The notes: generated from the letters alone by a model not told the origin. 33,748 nt of DNA from Hyphochytrium catenoides (GCA_900088475.1 FLMG01002800.1:1-33748), one strand, 5' to 3'. Positions 1 through 11,517 are shown, counted from the first letter of the stretch. Program-made: numbers and translations.

Positions 1-3000
1 CTCTCTCTCTTCTCTCTGTCTTCTGTAACCTGTCACGCCCACCTGGGCTTCGCATGTTCTTGCCTTCCTGCTCTCTGTGTCTGCAGCTGCTAGTTCCCTG
101 CTAGACAGAGCTTCGACAGCCAAACACAGCTTACTGCCAAACACATTGTATGGTTGAAGTTTCCCTAACTCTAGATTATATATACTCCTCAGTTTCACAC
201 ACAGTTAGCTACCAAACCCTTATCCTACCAAGGTCAGAAGCTCATTGAGTGCGAGCAATTGTAGGGCTTATTATGCTCAAAATGTACAACAAACCTTCTC
301 TCCTTCGAATTGCTTTGTTCATTCACAATTAATGTTACAGATTATGGTGAAATTCCGGAAAGATATAGGTATACATTCTGAATAATGGTATGATTTAGCC
401 ACAAATAGGTGGCACTTCTAAAATTTTTTTGCGAGGCCTGGTACATATATAGTAATACAGCACTACAGCCTCACGTCCAGCAGCAATTACCATTTTATGA
501 GACTGACAATACACTGGGAAGTAAGATTAGTAATATGTCGAGCACGCGAATGAGGATGCGTACCCCTACAGAGCTCCTCCTGGAGCGCCTCGCCCGGTGG
601 TTACAAGAAAGATATTGATGAGTGCACTTCAAGTGGCCGCCAAGCGAGGATGTTCAAGCCAAGCAAGAGCCGAGCTGCCAGTGGCTGCGGAGGTACAGTT
701 GAGGAGAGGAGGAGATCGTGAGCTAACAGGAGCAAGGCAAGGAGATCTTTAGGATGGTGACTGGGCTTGAGGAGAGCAGAAGACAGAGGCAGTTCGCGAG
801 GTGAATATCGGTGCACCGAAGGAGCGATTTGCCGGAGAGGTTATTGACGTCGTTTGGCCACAACTTCAAGCTCAACGCGTAGGATTAGCAGAAAGAGGGA
901 CACTTATCCTTAGACCTGTTGAGCTTTAGTGCATGTGCTTCGGAGGGAGTTGGAGTCAAAGCGAGGGGGATGGGAGGCTGTGCTGGTCTTTCACGAGAAG
1001 TCTTGTCTGTCATCTTTGGGGCGGTCATTTAGGTTGACGTAGTACCATCATCCTTCTGGGTAGGCAGACTGATGGAGACCTACACGGAACACAAGCCTCC
1101 ATATTCTCTCGCTGCGTCGGCATTTTGTGTCTTCAAAATTAACGGGAAGGGAGAGGTCTGCAGATCGTGAGCGTCATGGGGCTTGCCTTTTGCTCTGGAT
1201 TATAGTTGGCTTCACCGCGATTCTACAGTTGGGCAAGCGTAGAGAGCAATGCTCTGCTCGTTGTGCTTGTGGGGTCCTTTAACAACTCTTGGACCTTTGC
1301 TCGTCATCAGATGCGCGAAAAAATCTCTACCAACATTCGCTTAAGCGAAGAGTGCTGAAGTGTTAATGGTGGATCACTTCTGTGATAGCGTTAGCTTTAC
1401 CGCCGCCATAACTTCGGTGGTGCTGAAATATTAGTGCAAGGCTAAAGAAGTCCGTTGAAAAGAGACTTGGTTGCTCAGACATAACCATCGCCGCTTACTC
1501 TTCCGTATACGTCGTAGTCTCTGCCGCCCCCCCTGCCCCTAAGAAAAATATAGGTATGTGGATCACGTTCAGGCAGAGTGGGGGCCAGAGATGCTACCGG
1601 CCTGTCAGCTTTTCTGGCTATATTTGATCCTAATCTGCTTGCCCTTGCTAGCCTTGGCCATGGTGCCATCCTGCTTTGTGGCTCTGGTAGAGCTCTCCCT
1701 TGGCCGGCTGCCCTTCAACATCCATTGTCAGTGCCTGGGCTCTATCGACTGAGGTTTAGCTTTCTTACCATTGGCCTCGTCACCTGGTCCTGCGGAGTAG
1801 TTGGGATGGCAGAACAGTGAGCCAAAAAAAATGGTATCTCTTGAAGTCGACACCGACACCGCCCGACAATCAGGAGAGCACGTAGGGCGATGTATGTGAT
1901 ATGCGGTCATGCTGACAATAGCCAACAAGATATGGAAGAGAGCAGGATAATAGGTTCAGACTGACAAAAACGTTAGATAAGGAAACTCAAGAGAGGTGAT
2001 CGTAAAATCTGCGAACACGGTTTCTTGTTGGGAGCAAGCGTCAGGGATATTATACCATGCTTTAACCTCTTGCCGCTTCTCAGAGGAGAGGAGGTCAGTT
2101 GCTACCGCCCCAGTGCCCTCGTCTAACACTCTCTCTCCAACTTGGTATCTCTGTCCCTCGTTCTTCTCCGTTCGCTTTGTGCATTGATTCTTAGCCCCGA
2201 CCTCTCACTTTCCTGTGGTAGAAGCGTACAATGGGTAGACGGCTTGGAGCCAGCTTGTACCTACCTAATTCCCAAGGTTCTCTCTCTCTCTCTCTCTCTC
2301 TCTTTAGCTCTCACTCTGTCTCTCATCAGTCGTGACCCTCAGGGCAGCCCAATGGCTCCTATCTAGGCCTGCCTTTGTCCTTCATCGACCCGTATTCTGG
2401 CACTCTATAGTCGCTACATTGCTTAAATTCACCCTTGTTATCTGGTGCAATGATTGAATCGTCAACCTTACTTGGTCTACCGCGTAGAGCAATCGACAGC
2501 TGATGGGTCTCTGGTAGCTCGTAGGCTTGAGTCTTCCCCTCAGGTTGGGGTCTCAGATCTACCCCTTGGAGCTCTTTCGTTTGCCCTCTTTCTCTCACTA
2601 GGAAGGTGGTTCCCCACCCCTGGTCTTCTTCTTCTTCGTCAAGTTTCCACCTGGACAGTGCTATCAATCAGCCCACGCGGTTCACGCTGATGATGTCCAG
2701 GCAGGGCAGGCTAGAGCGGGGATATAGCTCTTAGAGCGACACATACTAAGTGGAGGTATTGATCAGAAACACCGAGAAGATTAGACGGGAGAGGCAATAG
2801 AAGCTACTGCTAGCTCCCTTATCCACACTGGTCCGAGCAGCTAAGCGGAAAGATGCACAAATTGTAAGTCCGCATGTAAAATTACTATACGGATGCAGCG
2901 GGAGAGTGACCCAGTTCCACCGAACAAGCATAAGCAGAGGAATAGATCGGATTGAACATGGCACTGATTCGGCTGCCACCTACGTGCTAGCAGCCATAAA

Positions 3001-3141
3001 GTTGTGCCTATCCTCTATAGGACTACCTTGAGGTACAGCTGCTGACTATAACGTTCTCCGTCCATGCATGAATGCCACAGGAGGGTTTGAACTTTTGATA
3101 CCTTTCTCAGTGCTGGCGCCGTTCTCTTTGCTCAAATCTCT

Positions 3142-6100
3142 CTATCTCTTCTCACATCTACGTAGCCGAGGCTCACAATGCTGCTCAAGTATATGGAGAG
3201 AGAGTGTGTGCAAGTCCTCCAGCTGATCAGACCGCAGGCTGATGAGCGGTTGCCCCAGCACGCTAGTCACGTACTGGCTTTCCACCCAGCGCAGAAGTTC
3301 TCTCTGGCTATCGGTCAGTCCTGTCTGCCCGCTTTCAGCTTCCTCTGCCCCTGGCGAATGAAGGCCTTCTCGTTGTAGCCCATGTTTCTGCAACTCAATG
3401 ACTCGTAGCTGCAGCACAAGCTGACCTTCCTTCCCTCGCAAGTATGCACCGAGGGAGAGGTGGAGCCCACGCCAATAGAGCTGTGGCTGGGGCACCCAAA
3501 AGAGACTCAGGTGCTTGTACAGTCCTTGTCGTCGATCCAGCACCAGATCCTGCTGGAGCGCCTGATTCTGTAGGTACTGAGGGCAGTCGCGAAACGAACA
3601 GTGATGCTTCAACAGGCCACTCAGTTCCATCAGCTCTAGCTGATCTGTCTGAGGTCTGCTCTGGTTTAGCCGGTCTACCTCCTCCTGCGTGAATACCTGT
3701 GGCGCACCGCTGTGAAAGAGCAAGAACTCACGTTGGAGAAGCGCCTGCGCCGCAAGCCTGGAAGAACGAGTCCTCAGGCGCAGTTCGGCAGTGCGTTCTT
3801 GGGCCAGAATGGCTAGCTTATCTCCCATGATCCGTCGCCGTTCTTCAGCAGCAATGGCTTCAATAGCTGGTCGTGGATCAGGGTATAGAGGAGGAGACAG
3901 TCCAGCACGACGGGTCTGAGAGGTGTGATAGCGCAAGGCCTGGACATAGAGGCCAATCTGTAGCAGTCTAGTGTTGGTGCAGCGTGGCAAAAAGCCTGAC
4001 ACAAAGCTGTCCATGCGCCCAGCAGCCCCGTCCTCAAATCCTGTCTCTATGTAAGAGTACAGAGCGTCCGCAGTGTTCTGATCAGCCAGAATGGCACCTA
4101 GCTCCCACCGCCGCTCCCTTCCATCTTTAGTGACATAACCGTTGCGAAATTGATGATATAGCCGGGCAAAGCCGAAGACCGCCACTACGGCTTGAGGAGA
4201 GGGCGTAGCGTGTGTCCAGGTCTTGTCGTTAAAGAAGCGGCTCGAAGCTCTCATCCCAGCAGCGGCATCGAAAGTGCCGTCTCTCACTCCTTCTTCCTCA
4301 GATTCCTTCCCTTCCTTACCGTCATTGACGTCCACCGAGGCCCAAGAGATACCGAGGGACTCACGGATGTACTCCCGAGGGTCTGTTTCCTTGCCTTGGG
4401 AGTGAGCTCTCGCTCCTGTCTCTCCTGCCACCTTCTTTGCAGGCCTTTTTGCTGAACGAGAGCGGAGCATCAACCGCACCATTCTCGACACGCTCTCTGC
4501 CATCAGCCCTACAGCCACTTGCGCCAGCTGCTCCTGCATCCCATCTGTATCTCTGTCTTCGCTTACTTGATTGTTGTTGAAAAGTCTCCCAGCGGTGGGG
4601 TGAAGACAGAGGACTGCCAGCACCTGGGAGACAGATAGAACGTCATCACCTGGAGCCTCAGTCATATACCGAGCAGGATTGGGAAGCAGGAGCTTGGCTG
4701 CAATAGAGTCCCAGTGGGAGCTAGGGCTCTCTGATCGCGCCTCGCTGCTCTTTGAGCAGAAGACAGCCACATCGATGGTGTACAAGATGCGGAAGATAGA
4801 TTGAATCAACTTCTGTCGTCTCTCCCTCTTTTTATACCCATTCTCTTCCGCTTTCTGTGTGACTTCCTGTCCATCCTTCTCCCTTCCTGGAGCGGCTGAC
4901 TCCTGCGCCAGTCGCTCTAATGCGCGGACGAAGGCTGACAGCAGGAGCGCGGGTTCTTGTGAAGGTAAAGTTAGGTCTGGGTTTCGCGTGCAGACAACTG
5001 CAAGGTAAGACTTATAGAGAAGAGAAGCCCTGAAGGCTGAGTAGCAGGACGAATAGGGGAAGCGAGACTGGCCGTCCTGCCCCTCTTCACCTTTGTCGTA
5101 CCGCTCTAGAGGGTTCTCAAGCACGATAACATCCGGTGCAAGGTCCCCAGTCTCTGAATCTCTGTATTGGGCTCCCGCGTGGAGGAGACACATAGCAGAG
5201 GCGGTGTCTATCATGTCAGTCGAGACATAGCTGACCCCAATGTGCCAGGGATTAATGTTGGCCGATTCGCTGCGGAACACACGCACTGCAACGCCCGTCA
5301 TACCAGCAAAGTAGAGCCAATCTAGAACAGAAAACGAGCGTAATGCCTCAGGAGAAAGCCTTGCTAGGGACAGTCCAAGTTGCTGCCAGTGCTGAGAGCC
5401 TGAAAGTCCCGAAACAGTGGAGGTGAGAGCAGAATTTTCCTCTGCTCTCTTGTCATAAACCCTTGTCTTTCCCACCTTCAGGAAGAGATCTTCTCCAATG
5501 GCAGTGGCATCTGTTACAGAGCCCTTCAGTCTAAGAATCTTCATGCCGAACTTCATGGCGCCAGCTGGTTGAAGCCACAGCGCCTGCTGTTCGCTGGTCA
5601 TTTGGCTGCTTGCCAAGACTACGTTCGCCTCCAGCTCGTTTATCACCTCTTCTAGCGCCACCACCAATCCTCGCCTTTCTTTCATTAGAGCCACACGGGC
5701 AGGTGGGTCTAGAAGCCGCAGCTCTCGTTGGGGAACATTCGCTGCCTTCACGGACTCGAACACAGTCCGCAAGGTCTCCATGGCCTTGCTCACAGGCTCT
5801 CCAGCAATGGCTGCGACCTTGATGTCTAGGGTGAGCTCGTGGCAAAGGCGCAAGAGAGAGGCTGACGAGGAAAGGCGGCTGGAAAGCAGAACAGGTATAC
5901 AGAAGCATCGGTTCAGGATAAGCTTTCGAGGAGGAGTGCCCTCAAATAGCAGTGTTACGACTGATGACTGACTCGACCCTTTAGCTGCCTTCGGTTGGTC
6001 CTCCTGTTCTTCCTTCTGTGGCTCCTCCTGCCACGCTGGAGGGAGTCTTAAGATCCCCACCTTGCTAGGTGGAGCCACCAGAGACGTAAGAAAGCCCTTC

Positions 6101-8913
6101 CAGACGACATCTTCATCCTCAGGACAGGAGATGGACACTGAGAACCATTCTAGCGAGGACTTGACGTCCTCACAGAGATCAGCAATTACTGCGGGGAGCG
6201 TCAGAACACTTCTGCAATAGGAGATGGGAGCCATTTCAACCGCCGCAGCCATCTCTGTCAATGTCTCGGTCTTGCGCTTAGCCTTCATAAGCACTGCCGT
6301 ATGTGCGTCCTTCCCAATGCCGACGACTTTGAAAAGGCAGTTCACGCCGGCTCCAGAGATGCGCTTAGCGGCAGTAGAGAAGGATTGGTCTAGCTGTTGA
6401 GCTGCATTGTAGGTGTCTTTGCCGTCAGTGATGAGCACAAAGCAGTAGACCAGATCGGACTCTTCGCTTTGCTTCGCCTTACGCACCTCCTCTCTTAGAT
6501 GCCGACTTCGTTTCTCGTTCTCCTCTTCCTTCATGTTGTCCGTCTCTACCATTCTTTCTAGGGCACACTTCTTTTTCTCAGTGCTGTCGTTAACTCCGCC
6601 AGGGCCTTGGCGTCCTTGCATCTTTTTCGCCTTGTCTTCTTCTTTTCTCCTCCTGTGTTGGGCGTCTCTCAAAAGCTTTTCTTCTCGTTCCCTCTCCCAA
6701 CGCTCTTTGTGAGAGAGAGCAACGTCTATCGCCTTCTCATAGGCTAACAAGATATTCGTCCCGCCTTCTAACGGCATCTCACGCTGCGAAGATGCCTGGA
6801 AGAAAGCGCCATCAACATTGGGAGTATGGCTAACAGTGGAGCCAAAGAAAATAACGTCGGTCCGATCAGGCGCCAGCCGACGTTGGAGGAGTCCACAGGC
6901 TGGCAGGATGAGCTGTCTAAATGGTCCTCGACCAACAGACTTAGACCGATCCACAAGAAGAATAAGCTGCAAGCGGCACCGCGGACCAGACAAATAGTTC
7001 GACGAGCATGCCCAGGTGCGAAGAGCCCTCTTATCCACATTAAGTGTCCATAGATTATTCGTCCCGGAGAGGCGATTGAAGAAGATGCCAAAGGGCTCTT
7101 CCTCTTGCTCTTCTCCATTATTGCCCTTGCTCTTCCCTTTGTCCAGCTTCTCCTGTTTCTTCTCGTGCTTTTCACCAGGCTCTTCCTCGTCATAGATGAT
7201 CTGCTTGGCTGTCTCCTTCTGGAGGAATTCATCTCTGGAAAGCGCCTGAGCTTTTGGCCCCACCGTGATAATAAATAGAGGCAGAAACTGAGAGGAGTCC
7301 CGTAGCACATATTCTTCCGTCTCAATAGAGATGTGACTGTCGACGCCAAAGGCCAAAGGCATGTCTGTCACCTCTTCTTTCTCTTCCTTCTTCTCCTTGC
7401 TCTTCCTCTCTTTCTTTTTAGCACCCGATTCCTGATCGCACTCCTCAATGCCATCACGATGCGGCCAGCGTATCTGAGAGGAGCTAGAGCTGGAATCTAA
7501 GACGACACGCCTCTCATTCTCGAACCCAACCAGGCGGCCATTTCCCAGCAGCGCAACGCCCACAAACATCTGCCGGTAGCGGCCGGCATCCTCTACAGAA
7601 TACATACTCGCTCGACCCGCCGACCGCGCGACATACAAGCCACGACCCCAGAGAGAGCCATGAACCATTGGAAGGAGCCATCCGCGGTCCGTTATCTCTC
7701 CCGCTGCTCTCAGCCCTTCTCTAGATATGTCGGCTGCCACCGTCCTATCAGTAGTACAATGGAATGCGAGCGTGGGAGCGAAGAGAGCCTCCTTATGTAC
7801 CCCCTTCTGTTGGCCGCTAGGGTTGCCAGTCTTTCTCTGACTTTCTACCTGCATTAACTGCTGATGCACATGTATAAATTCCTTCAGAATGCGTGGACGA
7901 AGGATTCGCTGAACATGAATGCATTCTAACCCATCCCCTTTGATCCCGTTATTCCGCTGTACAATCTCTTGCATACTTGCCTCGAGCTCTTCCAGCAGCT
8001 CCCCTACCTTCTTCTCTGCCACCAATTGGCTAGCAACACTCTCGACGAGCCTTTGCGGCCCGTCTCGCAAGATGAAGAGAGGAGGAAAGTCAGAAATAAC
8101 CTTCTCTTTCAAAGGAGTTGACCCAGGGCGTTGGGCAGCAGAGCGAGGTAGCCCAACAGCAGACAGGGAAGAGGTAGAAGGCCCTGTCATTTTTAAAGCA
8201 GGTAAAGGTTCTTGCCGTGCGCTCTTCGTCTTTTGCAGAAACTCGATCACCACGTTCGTGAGGTCGAATAGGAAGCCGTCAGGAGTAGCAGTAGGATCAG
8301 ATGCCTGTAGGTTGGGAAAAGAAGTAGCTTGGAGAGAAGAGGACGATGAACAAGCACGTCGTATGTCTACTGCGTGGTCACTTGCTCTCCGGAGAAGTAG
8401 TAGAAGCACCTCCTGTTCCCCGAAGGAGATGCCGAACGTCCCTGCTGGCCAGAAAAAGAGAGCTGGAGGCTTCAATGGGTAGTCAGTAGGCAAACCGAGG
8501 ATTAACTCTACTTGTTGGGACATCTCTGATGGGTGGACATGATGAGGAAAGCAATAGGGCAAGGATTAGGATGAGGGTGGGGTTAGAGGCAGACGGGCAA
8601 TGGGATAGCGGGACTTACCTGGAGGGGAAGAGGATGATATAGATCTCCCAATGAACCTTGCCCAGCGCAGATAAGTTCCTGCCTCTCCTACAATCGACGG
8701 CCCGTTTGTAGTCTGTCGGATAGGTTGTCCTGCTATTTGCGAGTCAGAATCTGGGTCCATGAGGTTTATTCCCCAAGAAGCGGGTCCAGAAGGGACCCGA
8801 GGATCAGAGGGAGAGAGCAGGATGAAGTCCTCGTCATAGATGGCCTGCAGGGTTAGTAGCTCTTCCTCTAAGTTCTCTGGAAGCCGCTCCTGGGCTTCCT
8901 CTTTCTGTTCCAT
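3142..8913 (-). CDS. Large multidomain protein: RWD domain + PARP-like ADP-ribosyltransferase catalytic domain + von Willebrand factor A domain + uncharacterised C-terminal region (~1892 aa, 2 exons)
   Basis: Exon 1 8913-8619 (MEQKEE...EEELLTLQAIYDEDF, RWD N-helix). The 93-nt intron 8618-8526 has a GTAAGT donor, a CCTAAT branch-like site and a CAG acceptor, and is phase-compatible. Exon 2 8525-3142 contains LILGLPTDYPLKPP (RWD YPxxxP), PARP motifs LAFHCT / HGSLWGRGLYVA / EEYVLRDSSQFLPLFII, and vWA MIDAS LLVDRSKS...GGTNI...VLITDG...VVGIG. Confidence 0.85.
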
Positions 8914-9115
8914 TGTTCTATGTGTTTCGCCCACACACTTCCTTCCTTCCCGTGTTCCAGCTCCGCGATGCTTTCTTCCTCTTGCTTCTAATCAATGGCG
9001 GCTTCTTCGATGGCGCCTAGGCGCCCGTCTGACTGGGATTCTTGCTATCCGTCGTGCTCTTGAAAGTTGTTGTTCGTTCCTCTGAGTTAAGGACTGTCCT
9101 TCTTTTTCAACAGAG

Positions 9116-9145
9116 CATGCCTTGGAGGGACATGCCTTGGAGGGA
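9116..9145 (+). repeat. 15-bp tandem duplication CATGCCTTGGAGGGA x2
   Basis: Two exact adjacent copies at 9116-9130 and 9131-9145. Confidence 0.9.
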
Positions 9146-10593
9146 TGTTAGTTGGCATTGCCTCGCTCAACAGAAAGCTCTCATGGCGGCGTTGCTCTTC
9201 TTCATCGTCTTCAGCATGTTGCTGACTTCATCTCAGTTGCTGCTGCTCCTAGTGCACTGCCGTCGCTGCTTCCACAAATCAAGATGCCAGCGCGAAGCAA
9301 AAAGCCAAAGACTCGGATAAAGCCTGAGTCGTTTTTGATGTAGTATGGTAATTTCCTAGCGATGATAACCCGGGTTATTGCGTATTCGAGTCATGTTGGA
9401 TGAGGGGGAGAATGAAGGTCACTTCTGGGACACTCACTCTTCTTGAAGAAATTGTGTTCTGAGCCCAGGAGGGTTCCTGATAAATACGGTCTAGTTCTAA
9501 ATAGGTCCATGATTTATACACCCTCTTCTGACATCAGACACTTTGGTAGTGCTGACAGAGCTCCACAGACAATAACAGGCTTTTCTTACTGTTGCGGGCC
9601 ATCATGAACCATCATGAAGAGCGCCGCTAGCGCCGCAGGGCCAGCATCTTCATCACTCCCGATCATCATGAGGTTGTTGCAGATCTCAGGTTCGGTCGCA
9701 TGAGTTAAGACTGACCATCTTTGCAGCTGTGACTATGTCCAGTTACTTCGTTTGCTTGCCCTCCTCGACGATGATTTATCTCTGTGTTTGTGAGGGAGTT
9801 GTTGACGTAGTAAAGAGATGACATACGGTAGTTTTCGTAGGAAAGATGACAGTTCTCACGATTGGAAGAGAAGGACTACATGGAGTGACAGCAGCAGTGC
9901 AGGAGGGAAACGACGAGTGAGGGGAAGGAATCTATTAAGATTGAAAAGCAATTGAAAGAAGATGATCATGCCTACAATATTCTCCCTCCACTGGTCCTGC
10001 AGGAAGCGATCGGCAGGATTCACCATCAAACGGTCAAAGTCTCCTTTCCTTCTATTGCCCCGTCGTTCTGCTTGCCGGCAACTTTCCTGGGCTTCTTGTC
10101 CTACGATCCTATTTATGAATGCGTGAAAACGTCAGTGATTAAATTGAAAGGTCGCGCACTTCATAGACGTACTCTACCGGTAAGTTTGGGCAACGGGAGG
10201 CGGGGCTTAATAATTAAATAGAGTTCGTGAGCTATGTCATATGTCTGGTGCTCGTTCACGCACCCTGTTGCAAAAGGAGGTGAAGAGGGTGCACGACAGA
10301 CAATAGATGGTGTAGCTTGTCTGCCATCCAGATGCTGCAAAGACTTTCCAGACGTCCATAAAATCTTTCAAATCTCTTAAATCTTAGAACTTGCTTTCTG
10401 TACGAGCGGCATTTATATCTTGCCCAGGGGCTGTGAAGGGCGTCGCGGGTGACGCGCATAGGGAACTATGTTACACATCTATTAGCTGGTCTTTGACATC
10501 CAGACAAATCGTAGAAACCGTCCACATAAGCTTCTCTCGCTAGTCATCAATTAGCTGAGAGAGAATAGAGGGTTCCGAGAAGAAGTGATCCTT

Positions 10594-11517
10594 TTAGGCC
10601 CGGACCACGGGAAGATCACCGACATGAAAACTCTGTGAGGGCCTTCGATGGTTTGTGTAGTCTTCTTCAAACGCATTTGCACTCTCATCACCTCTATAGG
10701 TGTGGTACCTTTGCATAGGGGCTTGCTGGCCCCTAACCGCAGGGCGAAAGGACCTTTCCGCTCTGGAAGTACTATAGGAACCAAGTGCAGAGACAGAGTT
10801 GGCAGAAAGTGGGCGCTGCTTCCTCGCGCCGCTAGTTCGAGAAATAGAAGTGGTAGGTCTAGCCCCACCAGTGCTATAGTGCGTGGTACTGCGAGAGTGA
10901 GGAGCAAAGCTGTTCCGGGTGTTGAAGATCTCTCCTCTAAGTCCTGACTCGAGCTTCTCCTCGATTACCGCCAGCTCGCCGGAAGAATCAACAATAAATC
11001 GTCGGAAATCACTGATGATAGCCTGACAGCTGTCGCAGTATCGAGATCTTCGAATCGATCCCGCAGGACCCATAGGGGTAGAGAAGGAGATCTGAGAAAG
11101 AGTTCTAACTAGCGATCGTAGTAGCCTCGCTCTGTCTGCTACTATAGCCTTGTCCTTCGATAGAAAAGAGAAGAGATGCTTCTTGGGAAACTGATAGCTG
11201 CGGATAAAGTTCTTTAGAACACTGCAGTTGGAACAACTGGAGGCGGGGTCTGCAGACTGGTGAGCTTTGCAGATCCTATCCCAGAGCGCATGGAACTCCG
11301 AATAGCGCCGCTCAACTGCGAAAGACTCTCGAGTGAGGGCATCTACCACGAGGATTGTGTACAACGTGGCAGACTTCTTGACTTTAGCGCAGGTCACGGT
11401 GGCGAAGAGTATCTCATTGGTATTACTAGGAACTCCAGCGTTGGGCCCATTAGAGGAGGAAGAGGTAGAAGTAGAAGAGGGTAAGGAATCGACGGGAGAG
11501 GTATCCTTGACAGCCAT
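10594..11517 (-). CDS. PX (Phox homology) domain protein, ~307 aa, single coding exon
   Basis: First ATG of the 10594..11562 ORF is at 11517. TLYTILV...FAVERRYSEFHALW...FPKKHLF...IVADRARLL match the PX hallmark motifs RRYSEF, FPxK and R. The C-terminal tail is low-complexity and S/R-rich. Confidence 0.85.
   Translation of the reverse strand: MAVKDTSPVDSLPSSTSTSSSSNGPNAGVPSNTNEILFATVTCAKVKKSATLYTILVVDALTRESFAVERRYSEFHALWDRICKAHQSADPASSCSNCSVLKNFIRSYQFPKKHLFSFLSKDKAIVADRARLLRSLVRTLSQISFSTPMGPAGSIRRSRYCDSCQAIISDFRRFIVDSSGELAVIEEKLESGLRGEIFNTRNSFAPHSRSTTHYSTGGARPTTSISRTSGARKQRPLSANSVSALGSYSTSRAERSFRPAVRGQQAPMQRYHTYRGDESANAFEEDYTNHRRPSQSFHVGDLPVVRA

Noticed and set aside
3178-8482. Plus-strand and alternate-frame ORFs inside the ART-vWA gene (e.g. 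7919..8482, 6768..7349)
   Set aside because: Shadow ORFs with no recognisable motifs.
8566-8934. Separate small RWD gene
   Set aside because: A canonical phase-compatible intron joins it to the large ORF, which supplies the second half of the RWD domain.
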